Below are positions 52,379-62,925 of a DNA stretch of 64,000 nucleotides, piece after piece. The notes under the pieces were generated by a model that was given only the letters and a program-made list of their open reading frames with translations, made no database searches and was not told the origin of the DNA. The position numbers were made by a program, and so were the translations under genes. How positions within the stretch are numbered: position 1 is the first letter of the stretch; each line of letters starts with the position of its first letter. The DNA comes from Truepera sp. (GTDB lineage Bacteria > Deinococcota > Deinococci > Deinococcales > Trueperaceae). The stretch lies in the NCBI GenBank assembly GCA_965218435.1, contig CBDCKW010000009.1:2752001-2816000 (forward strand), given 5' to 3'.

Positions 52379-52621
52379 AGGGACACGTGACATCCGTTCG
52401 CCGATCAACCGGTTCAAGTGCCGCTGCCTATCGTTTGGAGCAAAGCGAAGTAAGTCAGGTCTTCAAAATTATGTCCTTAGCTGTTTTGTTACGCAGTTTA
52501 CTGTAGGGCAAACCGGACACCACCGCGGTAGTGGCTCGAGCCGCAACATTTTTACCCACCAGCCAGTTTGGTCTTCTGGAGACAAGCCCGTGCTCAGCCG
52601 CCGACTGCTAAACTAAGCACC

Positions 52622-54217
52622 ATGACAACCGCCACGCCCACCGTACCTGCGGTGCTGATGCAAGACATCGTCAAGCGTTTTCCGCTGGTTTTAGCTAACG
52701 ACCAGGTGGACTTTGAAGTCGCGTGGGGCGAGGTTCACGCGCTGATCGGCGAAAACGGCGCGGGCAAATCTACGCTGATGAAGATTTTGGGCGGCGTCCA
52801 ACAACCCGACGAGGGCGCAATTTTAGTTGACGGTCAACCCGTAGAGATTAAGAGTGCGAAAGACGCCTTTGGCCTCGGCATCGGGATGGTCCACCAGCAC
52901 TTTATGCTTGTTGAGCCCTTGAGCGTCACCGAAAACCTGATCTTAGGCGCGGAACCGCACACCGGCCCGACGCTCAATGTGCGTGAGGCGCGGCGTAAAG
53001 CGCAAGCATTGATCAACCAATTCGGCTTTGATATTGATCCAAACAGCAAGATTGAAGACCTGCCGGTCGGGTTACAACAACAAGTCGAAATCTTAAAAAC
53101 GCTCTACCGGGGCGCACGTATCTTGATTATGGACGAGCCGACCGCAGTACTCACACCACAAGAGACGCGGGGACTCTTCGCCTTTGTCCGTGAGTTTGCG
53201 GCCGCCGGAAACGCCGTGATTTTTATCTCGCATAAGCTCGAGGAAGTTGTCCAAATCTGTGACCGGATGAGCGTGATGCGTGACGGCAAGATGATCGGCA
53301 CGGTGACGCGTGAAAGGACGAGTCAGCGCGAGCTGGCGAACATGATGGTCGGCCGTGAGGTGCTCTTAAGTGCGGAGAAAACACCTGCCAAACCTCAGGG
53401 GGTGAGGCTCGAGGTCGAACATGTCACCCTCCGGCAGGTGGGGCGGCAAAAACCCCTCTTAAACGACATCTCGTTTACGCTCCGGGCCGGTGAAATTTTA
53501 GGCATCGCCGGGATTGAAGGCAACGGTCAGTCCGAACTCGTCGAGAGTTTGACCGGGCTCCGCGCCGTCAATGAGGGCAGCATCCGCTTAGACGGACAAG
53601 ACTTAGCGGGGCGGAGTGCGCGCGAGGTCCGTGAGGCCGGGATGTCGCACATCCCCGAAGACCGCCTCGAGCGCGGGCTCGTCGGGGAGTACAGCGCGGC
53701 CTTAAACAGCGTATTGGGGGACGTTTATAGGGCACCGTACAGCCGCTACGGGTTTTTGCAAGAGGGCGCGATCGAAAGGCACGCCGAAAGGTGCATCCGC
53801 GATTTTGATGTGCGGCCCACTTCGACCGAGGTCAGTGCGCTCAGCTATTCGGGTGGCAACGCTCAAAAACTGATCGTCGCCCGGGAGCTCTCCTCAAACC
53901 CCAAACTGCTCATCGCCTCACAACCGACGCGTGGGGTCGACATCGGCGCAATCGAGTTTATTCACGGACGGATTATCCAAGCGAGGGACGAGGGTCTGGC
54001 AGTTTTGCTCGTCTCCGCCGACCTCAACGAAGTGATGAGTTTGTCCGACCGGATTATCGTGCTCTTTGAAGGCCGAGTGATGGGCGAACTCTTCCAAGCC
54101 GAAGCGACGGCTGAGACACTCGGGTTGATGATGGCCGGGTCAATAGATAACACTGCGGACGCGGGCGCAGTCAGGGTCTATAGTGCGGGGCTCGAGACCC
54201 CTCCCGGTACACTGTAA
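52622..54217 (+). CDS. CUT2-family (nucleoside/sugar) ABC transporter ATP-binding protein, two ABC domains
   Basis: [54 protein letters not shown] 52622 lies 7 nt after TGcTAAACT. Confidence 0.92.
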   Translation: MTTATPTVPAVLMQDIVKRFPLVLANDQVDFEVAWGEVHALIGENGAGKSTLMKILGGVQQPDEGAILVDGQPVEIKSAKDAFGLGIGMVHQHFMLVEPLSVTENLILGAEPHTGPTLNVREARRKAQALINQFGFDIDPNSKIEDLPVGLQQQVEILKTLYRGARILIMDEPTAVLTPQETRGLFAFVREFAAAGNAVIFISHKLEEVVQICDRMSVMRDGKMIGTVTRERTSQRELANMMVGREVLLSAEKTPAKPQGVRLEVEHVTLRQVGRQKPLLNDISFTLRAGEILGIAGIEGNGQSELVESLTGLRAVNEGSIRLDGQDLAGRSAREVREAGMSHIPEDRLERGLVGEYSAALNSVLGDVYRAPYSRYGFLQEGAIERHAERCIRDFDVRPTSTEVSALSYSGGNAQKLIVARELSSNPKLLIASQPTRGVDIGAIEFIHGRIIQARDEGLAVLLVSADLNEVMSLSDRIIVLFEGRVMGELFQAEATAETLGLMMAGSIDNTADAGAVRVYSAGLETPPGTL

Positions 54218-54351
54218 TCACCGTAAACCGCGAAACAGCGCCGCAAACAGCAGGCCGAGCAGGGTGCTGCGTCATCCTAAACATGAGAAAACGTTCAGAA
54301 ACTGTGTAAGGAGGCGTACACGTCACCGTTTTTGCAGGTATAAATGAAAGT

Positions 54352-56193
54352 GTGAGCGCATTCTCCCCCCTGACCTATTTGGACGGCTACCTCCCTACCG
54401 AAGACTTTGGCCTCATCGGTGACTTGTCAACGGCGGCTTTGGTCGGGCGTGACGGCAGCATCCCGTGGCTCTGTCTGCCACACTTCGATTCGCCGCCGGT
54501 TTTTTGCGGCATTTTAGATAAAGATAAAGGCGGCAGTTTTTCGGTCGCCCCCGAAGGTTTAGAGTCGTCGCGACAGTTTTATATCGAAGACAGTGGGGTC
54601 TTAGTGACCGAGCTGCGCTGCGCGGGCGGTACGGTCAGCGTGACCGACGCACTGACGCTGCGGCTGGGGGCGGATATTGCCGAAGGGACGCCCGCCGAGC
54701 GAAGCGAACTTTTACGGTGTATCAGGGTGCTTACCGGGAAGGTGACGCTCAGGGTCAGCTGTGCGCCGCGGGGCGGCGCAGAAGGGATAGCGCGTAGTGG
54801 GGGGCTACAGCTTAAACTTCACGAACGCCCTGAACTCACCTTACATTTGCAAGCCTCGAGGCCACTCACCGGTCTATCCTCGAGCTATACCCTGCATGAA
54901 GGCGAAGAGCTGCACCTGCAGCTTACCTGGGGGAGACCGCCGCAACGCCATCAACCGGTCCATCCGGAAGAGATTTTGGCGAGCACGGTCGCGTCGTGGC
55001 GGCGCTGGCTCGGCTGCTTCGATTATGACGGGCCAAGGGCCGAGTTAGTTCGCCGCTCGGCGATTACCCTCAAGCTTCTAGATTACAGCCGCTCAGGAGC
55101 CATCGTCGCCGCGCCCACCTCGTCGCTACCTGAGAAAATTGGCGGCGAACGCAACTGGGACTACCGCTACGCCTGGGTACGCGACGCGGCCTTTTCGGTC
55201 TACGCGCTCCGGCAGGTCGGTATCACCCGAGAAGCGTGGGCGTTTTTAGGTTGGGTGCTAGACGCTTTGGAGCGTCACGGCGGCCCAAAAATCCTCTTTA
55301 CGATTGACGGCGAACTGCCGCCCAGCGAGGTGACTGACGGGGCGTTAAGCGGCTACCGCAACTCAGCGCCGGTGCGCTGGTATAACGGCGCAGCCGAACA
55401 AGTGCAGCACGACGTTTACGGCGAGATTATTGACTGCGCCTACCTCTGGGCGCTCGGCGGCGGCACGATTGACGCGCCCTTGTGGGAGCAGCTACATAAA
55501 CTGATTGAACGTGCCCGCGACGCGTGGCGTGAACCCGACCAGGGCATCTGGGAGGTGCGCTCTAACGGGCGGCAGTTTACCTATTCGGTGGCGATGTGCC
55601 AAGTCGCGCTCGACCGGGGCGCGAAGCTCGCCGAACGTTACAACCTCCCCGGCGACATTGACGGCTGGCGCGCCGACGCCAAACTTATCCGAGAGACGAT
55701 TTTAGACGAGGCTTGGGACGAAGCGCAGGGTTCGTTTACCGAACATATCGGCTCGGACGGTGGGATTGACGCCTCGCTTTTGGCGTTGCCGCTGCGCCGC
55801 GTGATTGACGCAGATCACCCGAAGATGAAAGCGACCACCGAGGTCATCGCTAAGCATTTGGGTGCAAAAGGTGCTTACGGAAACGGTCTCTTGTACCGCT
55901 ATTTGCCCGCTGAATCCCCGGACGGGTTAAACGGCGACGAGGGCGCGTTCGTCTTGCCGTCGTTTTGGCTGGTTGATAACTTAGCCGACCAAGGACGCTT
56001 TGATGAAGCCGAGGCGCTGTTTCACTCGCTTTGTGACCGGGCCAACCACGTGGGGCTGCTAGCTGAAGAGATCGACCCCGACTCGGGACGGTTTTTAGGC
56101 AATTTCCCACAAGCCTTTTCACATATCGGCGTGATTACCAGCGCGACCAACCTAGTCAAAAGGAAGAGAGAGTACCGTGACCAAAGTCATTGA
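54352..56193 (+). CDS. Glycoside hydrolase family 15 (trehalase/glucoamylase-like)
   Basis: IGDLSTAALV, AAPTSSLPE..GGERNWDYRYAW, QHDVYG, GIWEVR, GNFPQAFSH. Confidence 0.92.
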   Translation: MSAFSPLTYLDGYLPTEDFGLIGDLSTAALVGRDGSIPWLCLPHFDSPPVFCGILDKDKGGSFSVAPEGLESSRQFYIEDSGVLVTELRCAGGTVSVTDALTLRLGADIAEGTPAERSELLRCIRVLTGKVTLRVSCAPRGGAEGIARSGGLQLKLHERPELTLHLQASRPLTGLSSSYTLHEGEELHLQLTWGRPPQRHQPVHPEEILASTVASWRRWLGCFDYDGPRAELVRRSAITLKLLDYSRSGAIVAAPTSSLPEKIGGERNWDYRYAWVRDAAFSVYALRQVGITREAWAFLGWVLDALERHGGPKILFTIDGELPPSEVTDGALSGYRNSAPVRWYNGAAEQVQHDVYGEIIDCAYLWALGGGTIDAPLWEQLHKLIERARDAWREPDQGIWEVRSNGRQFTYSVAMCQVALDRGAKLAERYNLPGDIDGWRADAKLIRETILDEAWDEAQGSFTEHIGSDGGIDASLLALPLRRVIDADHPKMKATTEVIAKHLGAKGAYGNGLLYRYLPAESPDGLNGDEGAFVLPSFWLVDNLADQGRFDEAEALFHSLCDRANHVGLLAEEIDPDSGRFLGNFPQAFSHIGVITSATNLVKRKREYRDQSH

Positions 56194-57592
56194 ACAGGCC
56201 AAAGAAGAAGCTAACAAGACGCTGCTAAATAGATTTGCGATTTTAGGCGCAGCGGGTGACCTGACCTCGAGACTCCTCATGCCCGCGCTCGCCAACTTGC
56301 TGAAAGACGGTCTTTTACCGGACGACTTTACCGTCGTCGGGATGGGGCTCGAGCCTCTCACCACGGGCGACTTTCGAAAGCACATCGCCGAAACGCTCGC
56401 CGACTTTGCCGCCCCGGTCCCCGAGGCCGTGCGGCAAAAACTGGTCGGCATGCTCGGCTACGTCCAGGGCGACGTTACGGACGCAGCGGCACTTAAAAAA
56501 GCACTTAAACCTGAAGTGGGGCCACTCGTCGTGTATTTGGCGCTACCCGCGCCGGTGTTTGAACCTGCAGTGAAGGCCGTTGCCGCCGCTGGCGTCGGCC
56601 AAGACAGCCGGATCGTGATCGAAAAACCGCACGGTACCGACCTCGAGGGGACCCAAGCGTTAGACGCCCTCTTGAGCAAGACCTATACCGAGGATTCAGT
56701 TTTTAGAATTGATCACTTTTTAGGCAAACAGACCGTGCAAAACGTGCTCGGACTCCGCTTTGCCAACCGCCTGTTTGAACCGCTCTGGACGGGTGAACAC
56801 ATCGAGCGCGTGGATATTATCTGGGATGAAGAGCTGACGCTCGAGGGCCGCGCGAGCTACTACGACCGCGCCGGGGCGCTGCGCGACATGCTGCAAAACC
56901 ACCTCTTGCAAATTTTATGCATGATCGCGATGGAACCCCCCGCCTCACTAGGTGAACGCGACCTGCGCGACGCTAAAGTCGAAGTTCTGAAAAACGTTCG
57001 TGACCTCTCCCCCAACGATGTCAAACGCCAGACCGTCCGGGCACGCTACACCGCCGGTACCATCGGCGACCGCCAGGTGCCCTCATACGTTGACGAGGAG
57101 GGCGTTCAACCGGAGCGGGGCACCGAAACGTTCGCGCAGATCACGCTGCATATTGACACCTGGCGTTGGGGCGGCGTCCCGTTTGTGCTCAGATCAGGTA
57201 AGGCGCTCGGCGACACCTGCCAAGAAGCTGCCATCACCTTTCGCAAAGTTCCCGCGCTGAGCATGTGGCACCACTCTCACCCCCGGCAAAATATCTTACG
57301 GCTGCGGCTGCGGCCCGACGAACTGAGTTTAGACCTCAACCTAAATGGCGCGGGCGACCCCTTCGTTTTGGAACCCGCCGAACTCGACCTTAAACTGGCT
57401 CCACAAGAGATGGGGGCGTACGCCCGGCTGCTCCTAGACATTTTAGAGGGCGACAACACGCTCTCGATTCGCGCCGACGAAGCCGAAGAAGCGTGGCGGA
57501 TTATGACGCCCATTTTAGAGGCGTGGCGAGCAAACGAAGTGCCGATGCAGGAGTATGCAGCAGGGAGCGAGTTCGAGCCGAAAACGGTCTAG
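56177..57592 (+). CDS. zwf: Glucose-6-phosphate 1-dehydrogenase
   Basis: GAAGDL, IEKP, RIDHFLGKQ, RDMLQNHLLQ, RWGGVPF..RSGK. Confidence 0.92.
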   Translation: MTKVIEQAKEEANKTLLNRFAILGAAGDLTSRLLMPALANLLKDGLLPDDFTVVGMGLEPLTTGDFRKHIAETLADFAAPVPEAVRQKLVGMLGYVQGDVTDAAALKKALKPEVGPLVVYLALPAPVFEPAVKAVAAAGVGQDSRIVIEKPHGTDLEGTQALDALLSKTYTEDSVFRIDHFLGKQTVQNVLGLRFANRLFEPLWTGEHIERVDIIWDEELTLEGRASYYDRAGALRDMLQNHLLQILCMIAMEPPASLGERDLRDAKVEVLKNVRDLSPNDVKRQTVRARYTAGTIGDRQVPSYVDEEGVQPERGTETFAQITLHIDTWRWGGVPFVLRSGKALGDTCQEAAITFRKVPALSMWHHSHPRQNILRLRLRPDELSLDLNLNGAGDPFVLEPAELDLKLAPQEMGAYARLLLDILEGDNTLSIRADEAEEAWRIMTPILEAWRANEVPMQEYAAGSEFEPKTV

Positions 57593-57651
57593 CGTGAACG
57601 TATACGCCGACCTACTGCAAGCTTCGACCACATCTCTATTAGGAACGGAAC

Positions 57652-58129
57652 ATGGGTGTCAAAAACTACTTAATCGAAGGCGTTTCCGGCACCGGCAAAA
57701 CCTCTGTCTGCGACGAGCTGAGGCGGCGCGGCTACCACGCCGTTCACGGCGACAGGGAGTTGCGATCCAAAAACCGGTGAGCCCTTGGACGGCTCTGCTC
57801 ACGAGCATCATCTCTGGGACGCCTATAAGGTCAGGGCTTTGGTGGCTGACCAAAGTTATGCGGCATCGTTCTTTTGCGGCGGTTCCAGGAATTTCGACCG
57901 TTTCATAGGTCTATTCGATGGAGTTTTCGTTCTCGAGGTTGACCTGGACACGTTGAACCGGCGTCTTGCCGTCCGACCTGAAGACGAGTGGGGCGGACGA
58001 GAGAGCGAACGGGAATTCATCACGCGGTTACATGCGACGAAAGAAGATATTCCAAAGAACGCAATCATGATTGACGCTACGGCACCCCTTTCACGCGTCG
58101 TCAACGCAATTCTTGAAAATGCCAGCTAG
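57652..58129 (+). pseudogene. Frameshifted P-loop nucleoside/nucleotide kinase-like gene
   Basis: ATG 57652 gives MGVKNYLIEGVSGTGKTSVCDEL..HGDREL, then TGA at 57778. Coding continues in the +1 frame from 57764 (DPKTGEPLDGSAHEHHLWD..FFCGGSRN..IDATAPL) to TAG 58129. Confidence 0.8.
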
Positions 58130-58281
58130 ATATCACTTTAAGAACCGCGAACGCGGAAGACCTTAACGTGAACTTTGAGTACAGTCAGCGGACGATAAGA
58201 GAGGTTTTGTCGCTTACTATACGCCCTTCGGTCCGGCACACGGGACAGTTAGCGGCGCTACCAGCACGTTAAAATGCAAGA

Positions 58282-58836
58282 GTGACCCGAGAATCCCGCC
58301 TGACCCCTTTATTCGTAACGCTTGGACTGCTCACCTTATGCCTCGGCGCGTGTGCGCCGACCGTTACGCCTAGCGCCGCACACCTCACCTTCGATCCCGT
58401 AAGAGCGTTTGCGGGCCGTAGCCACGGCAACGGCACACTCGAGGTCATTTTTCAGGTGCCGCAGCCCTTTCACGTTGAAAGCCGCGGGTTTACCCAAGCT
58501 GACGGTACTTTTCGCCTCGAGCAGACGGTCAAGTTTGCCGGAAAGCCGCCGCAACAACGGTACTGGCTGCTCAAAAAAGTTTCACCGACCGACTACGCAG
58601 GCACGCTGAGTGACGCGGCGGGTCCGGTTGAGGGCCGGACAGCAGGGCCACAACTGAGTCTCGTCTACCCACTTCCGGGAGACCTCACCATGCACCAAAC
58701 CCTGACGTTAGAACCCGGCGGCAAGGTCATTGATAACGTTGGGCGGATTACGTTTTTGGGAATACAAGTTGGTTACTTGCATGAGACGATCGAGCGCAAG
58801 CACGCACTCAGGCAAGCTGTCTCAAGCAAGTTGTAA
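58282..58836 (+). CDS. DUF3833-like lipoprotein
   Basis: Lipobox LGAC; FDPVRAFAGRSHG, RYWLL, GTLSDAAGPV, LHETIER. Confidence 0.7.
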   Translation: MTRESRLTPLFVTLGLLTLCLGACAPTVTPSAAHLTFDPVRAFAGRSHGNGTLEVIFQVPQPFHVESRGFTQADGTFRLEQTVKFAGKPPQQRYWLLKKVSPTDYAGTLSDAAGPVEGRTAGPQLSLVYPLPGDLTMHQTLTLEPGGKVIDNVGRITFLGIQVGYLHETIERKHALRQAVSSKL

Positions 58837-58863
58837 TCGGGTGAACCCTTACCTAGGAGAGTT

Positions 58864-59238
58864 GTGATTTACGCCGAGCTTTTACAAGCCGCCAACTTCG
58901 ACGCCTGGGAATCTGTGCAGCGTGCGTTAGACAAAATGCCTGACGACCCGCCTGAACGTGCGCAGTGGCTCGAGCAGCATATCTTAGCGACAAAGCTCGA
59001 GTACGCCGCGCTCATCACCCAAGCCCTCTCTTGGCCTAGTCCACCTGAAAACTTGAGCCGAGACCTTTCTGCGCTGATGACCTGGGAAGTCGAAGAAGTC
59101 GCGGCGTTGACCCCGGACAACCTCGAGGTAGAACTTCAGTACGGCCAAAGGAAGATGACGATTGGCGAAGTCGTGTCGCTCAACATCCGCCATTCAGTCT
59201 GGCACGCAGGACAGCTCGCGGCGGTACTTGCAAGTTAG
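58864..59238 (+). CDS. DinB-like four-helix protein
   Basis: C-terminal HSVWHAGQL; AGGAG SD. Confidence 0.65.
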   Translation: MIYAELLQAANFDAWESVQRALDKMPDDPPERAQWLEQHILATKLEYAALITQALSWPSPPENLSRDLSALMTWEVEEVAALTPDNLEVELQYGQRKMTIGEVVSLNIRHSVWHAGQLAAVLAS

Positions 59239-60074
59239 CGTGTCCAGTTGCCCAAGTCATCTTTGACGTAACCCCAACTCGTCAGCTTACGCGCCGCCTC
59301 ACCGCTGAGCCAAGCACCAAAATTTTTTATAAAGTCTGTAGCAGGGCCGGTTTCTGGATTGACGGCCAACGTCAGGGCGCGGTACATCTGCGGGGCCTGC
59401 TCGGGATAGTGCTCCGCAAAGCTCTCATAGCAGAGGTAGAGGTCGCGGGTATAACGCTGTTCGTCAAGCATGACAAGCTCCATCCCCAACCGTAAAAACC
59501 GCCGCAGCAACCAGGCGATAAACGCAGGTCTGTCCGCTTCCGGCTCAGCTGCGTAGTCGTCCGTAAATTGTTTTAGGTGACGCTCAAAATACCTGGTTTG
59601 GATGGCAATCTCCGGGCTCAGCTTGTAAGGGTCTACGCTCTCAATAAGGCTCTTGCCGTAAACACACGCCGCCTCTGTTTTAAGGATAAAGGTGTAGGGA
59701 TTGTCTCTGTCTTGAATGTTCTGGAAGGACTCGAGGCCAACCTCAACCCCGGCAACGAAGGGGAAAGCCTTTTGCATATCTTGCTCGATCTTCTCCGCCC
59801 AGACGCCGAACTCGTCATAAGAAGCCGTTTGCGCCTCGCCCGGCCTCAGCACTGCAAAGCTGTCAATATCCGACACGCCTTTGGCGGCTAAGCCTTTAGG
59901 GAGGGAGCCGCGAACGTAGATGCTGTGAATGTTGCTCCAGCTTTGCAGATAAGCGTTGACAAGCTGCGCGACTGCCGAGCGCCAAGCACCGGTGATATTC
60001 GCAGCGTCGGCGCGACTCTGTAGATAACCGTGCGCGTCAACTTCCAGGTAGCTGCCGATACGTTTAATTTGGAT
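59235..60074 (-). CDS. Nucleotidyltransferase-domain protein (Pol beta superfamily) with a non-canonical or lost start
   Basis: The frame is open from 60101 to 59235 and contains HSIYVRGSLPKGLAAKGVSDID. The GTG at 59876 lies inside this motif. An in-frame ATC at 60074 sits 6 nt after GAGGAG. Confidence 0.75.
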   Translation of the reverse strand: MQIKRIGSYLEVDAHGYLQSRADAANITGAWRSAVAQLVNAYLQSWSNIHSIYVRGSLPKGLAAKGVSDIDSFAVLRPGEAQTASYDEFGVWAEKIEQDMQKAFPFVAGVEVGLESFQNIQDRDNPYTFILKTEAACVYGKSLIESVDPYKLSPEIAIQTRYFERHLKQFTDDYAAEPEADRPAFIAWLLRRFLRLGMELVMLDEQRYTRDLYLCYESFAEHYPEQAPQMYRALTLAVNPETGPATDFIKNFGAWLSGEAARKLTSWGYVKDDLGNWTR

Positions 60075-60261
60075 AGAGGTCTCCTCGAAGAGTGCTCGAG
60101 CTCACAGGCTCTTTTTTGAGTGTCTAGCCCCGTACCACCGATTATTGTCGTCAAGACGCGGGAGATTCATAAGCTGAACTATAGCATTTAGATATATGCA
60201 GGGCAACTGCTATTGTCGAACAGCTAGCTGGCTCAAAATCACAGGTGAACCAAGTTCGTTT

Positions 60262-61305
60262 CTAATAAAGGTCAAAGAAACTGAAGCCGAAATCATGATT
60301 GAACATTGTTGCCTGATTCGCCTTTGCGTGAGTTATTATTTTTTCGATATTGTTGGGCAGCTTAGAATGCAGTAGCTTAGATACGCACCAATCTTCAATC
60401 TGCGCAATAAGCATATTCGATATTGCAACTTTGAGAGCGTCGATACTCGCCGATTGCGTAAATTCTTGAAACTTTTGAGAGCTGTCATCTGCTTCTTTAT
60501 GGGTGGCGGAAATCATTATTGATGACGAATTTAGAGGAAACAAATTGATGATGTTAAAAGAATTACGGCTGATTTTAGTAGCTTGCCGCAGCTTTTCGGG
60601 GACATCAGACATGGGTATAGCTCGCATAGCTATTGGGCGTAGTAATATAGAGGATGCACACACCTCAATTCTTGGCAGTTCTCGCACAGAATAATCGATG
60701 ATAGTGTCGTCAGTCAATCCGTTAACAAGAGATTTTGCGATTGACTCCAAAAGTTCAACGCCGAGAATATTTTGGTTGAGTGGAGATAGTTCAGGAATAG
60801 CATAAGGCTTGTGTTTATCAAGCTGCCTCAAAAAGAAAATATTTCCCTGCTTTTTTCTTATTTCGTGTACCACTGGTCTTAAGGAATAAAGACATGCTTC
60901 TGATACCTTTGAAGGCAGTAATGGGGTTGGGTTCTCTATAGATGAAAACAATTTTCCATCACAAGTTGGGCAGTATCCGTACATGCTAATTGATTGCTCC
61001 CAACCGATTCGTTCAAAGGAGTAATATTCATTGTAACGAAACCTGTTGGTTCTAAGCTCCCGGACATGATTGTCCAAACCACATATTTGGCTGACAATAC
61101 CCTTTTGTTTTAGAAGATGATTTCTGGAACTACGGTTTGAACAGCCATTTGTGTAACAAACAGGTCTATACTCTTGATGGTGTGGACGAGTCTTTTTCCA
61201 GAGCTTGCCGAATTTAGAGTAATCGAGAAGCTTTTTTTCCTCTTCAGACATAATTGAATTTACACCGCCGGACATACCAATGCCATTCTTGCGATTCCGG
61301 TTCAC
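60262..61305 (-). CDS. Low-GC hypothetical protein with Cys/His (possible Zn-binding HNH-like) motifs
   Basis: Visibly AT-rich; CYTNGC..RNHLL..GIVSQI and GYCPTCDGKLFSSIE; start may be 61251. Confidence 0.7.
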   Translation of the reverse strand: MNRNRKNGIGMSGGVNSIMSEEEKKLLDYSKFGKLWKKTRPHHQEYRPVCYTNGCSNRSSRNHLLKQKGIVSQICGLDNHVRELRTNRFRYNEYYSFERIGWEQSISMYGYCPTCDGKLFSSIENPTPLLPSKVSEACLYSLRPVVHEIRKKQGNIFFLRQLDKHKPYAIPELSPLNQNILGVELLESIAKSLVNGLTDDTIIDYSVRELPRIEVCASSILLRPIAMRAIPMSDVPEKLRQATKISRNSFNIINLFPLNSSSIMISATHKEADDSSQKFQEFTQSASIDALKVAISNMLIAQIEDWCVSKLLHSKLPNNIEKIITHAKANQATMFNHDFGFSFFDLY

Positions 61306-61338
61306 CAGTTTGTGGCTTGCTAAGGAATTCTATCTCCG

Positions 61339-62832
61339 TCAACCCTCACGCTCCCAATCTCGAGAGCGTTCAACCGCCCGCCGCCACCGACTTAAGAGCC
61401 GTTCACGCGCCTCCTTAGCCATAGTCGGTTCAAACCGCCGGTCTTCCGTCCAGTTTTCAGTAATTTCGCGCTCACTACTCCAGTAGTCCACCGCTAAACC
61501 TGCCAAATACGCCGCGCCCAAGGCCGTCGTCTCGGTCACTTGCGGGCGCACCACCGGAATACCCAAAATGTCGGCCTGAAACTGCATCAGCAGGTCGTTC
61601 GCGCTCGCGCCGCCGTCTACGCGGAGTTCGGGAATGTCGAGCTTCGCGTCCTGCCGCATTGCGCCCAAAAGGTCGGCAACTTGATAGGCGATGGCCTCGA
61701 GCGCAGCCCGCGCAATATGTCCCGCCGTACTCCCCCGCGTCAGGCCGACCAGCGTCCCACGCGCATAAGCGTCCCAATAGGGTGCACCGAGTCCCGTAAA
61801 CGCCGGGACGAGATAGACGCCGCCGTTATCGTCAACGCTCCCGGCCAGAGCTTCAACGTCACTGCTCGAGCGGATAATCCCCAGCCCGTCCCGGAGCCAC
61901 TGCACCACCGCCCCGGCGACGAAAACACCGCCCTCGAGCGCAAACGTCCGCGCGTCCCCACGCTGCCACGCTACCGTCGTTAGGAGTTTGTGCTCACTTG
62001 CGACCGGTTCCGCGCCGGTATTTAAGAGCATAAAACAGCCTGTGCCGTAAGTATTTTTGACCATGCCGGTCTCGAGGCATGCCTGTCCAAACGTCGCCGC
62101 TTGTTGGTCGCCCGCAATGCCAGCCAGTTTAATCCGGCTGCCGAACAGCCCCGGCGCGGTTTCGCCGTAAACTTCGCTGCTGCTGAGGATTTCCGGCAAC
62201 ATTGTGCGGGGAATGTCTAGCAGCCCCAACAGCTCATCGTCCCAAGTCCCTTGACGGACGTTATAGAGGAGTGTCCGGCAAGCGTTGGTGGCGTCGGTGA
62301 TATGTAATTCGCCGCCCGTTAAGTTATAGACGAGCCACGAATCCACGGTGCCGAAGGCCAACTCACCGGCTTCCGCTCTCCCCCGTAAACCGTCTACGTT
62401 GTCCAAAAGCCACTTGAGTTTCGTCCCGCTAAAGTACGGGTCAATCAGGAGCCCGGTCCGCTCCCGCACCAGCGCCTCGTGTCCGGCTTCGCGGAGTTCG
62501 TCGCACATGGCGGCGGTGCGGCGGTCTTGCCAGACGATGGCATGATGCACAGGTTTGCCCGTCTTTTTGTCCCACACAACGACGGTCTCACGCTGATTGG
62601 TGATGCCGATGGCGGCAATGTCCCCGGCCCGAACGCCTGCGTTCGCCAAAGCTTCTTGCGCCACGCCAATTTGGGTACTCCAGATTTCGCCCGCATCGTG
62701 CTCGACCCAGCCGCTTTTAGGAAAATACTGTTTGAACTCTTTTTGTCCGGTGCCGCAAATTTTGCCCTCGGCGTCAAAAACGATGGCGCGGCTGCTCGTC
62801 GTGCCCTGGTCGAGGGCCAAAATGTAGTGCAT
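61339..62832 (-). CDS. glpK: Glycerol kinase
   Basis: [58 protein letters not shown]. Confidence 0.97.
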   Translation of the reverse strand: MHYILALDQGTTSSRAIVFDAEGKICGTGQKEFKQYFPKSGWVEHDAGEIWSTQIGVAQEALANAGVRAGDIAAIGITNQRETVVVWDKKTGKPVHHAIVWQDRRTAAMCDELREAGHEALVRERTGLLIDPYFSGTKLKWLLDNVDGLRGRAEAGELAFGTVDSWLVYNLTGGELHITDATNACRTLLYNVRQGTWDDELLGLLDIPRTMLPEILSSSEVYGETAPGLFGSRIKLAGIAGDQQAATFGQACLETGMVKNTYGTGCFMLLNTGAEPVASEHKLLTTVAWQRGDARTFALEGGVFVAGAVVQWLRDGLGIIRSSSDVEALAGSVDDNGGVYLVPAFTGLGAPYWDAYARGTLVGLTRGSTAGHIARAALEAIAYQVADLLGAMRQDAKLDIPELRVDGGASANDLLMQFQADILGIPVVRPQVTETTALGAAYLAGLAVDYWSSEREITENWTEDRRFEPTMAKEARERLLSRWRRAVERSRDWEREG

Positions 62833-62925
62833 TAAATGCCTCCTTGTGTGAGGCTAAAATAGCACGGGTTCAAGCGGTAGACACATCCCAGCTGCGGTGA
62901 GCCGGTGCCGTGCTAGCGTAACCAG

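Noticed and set aside
59888..60154. 88-aa minus-strand ORF
   Set aside because: It is an alternate frame over the true 5' part of the nucleotidyltransferase gene.
57600..61330. Integron cassette array
   Set aside because: Genes are in mixed orientation, no attC-like RYYYAAC..GTTRRRY elements were found, and there is no integrase.
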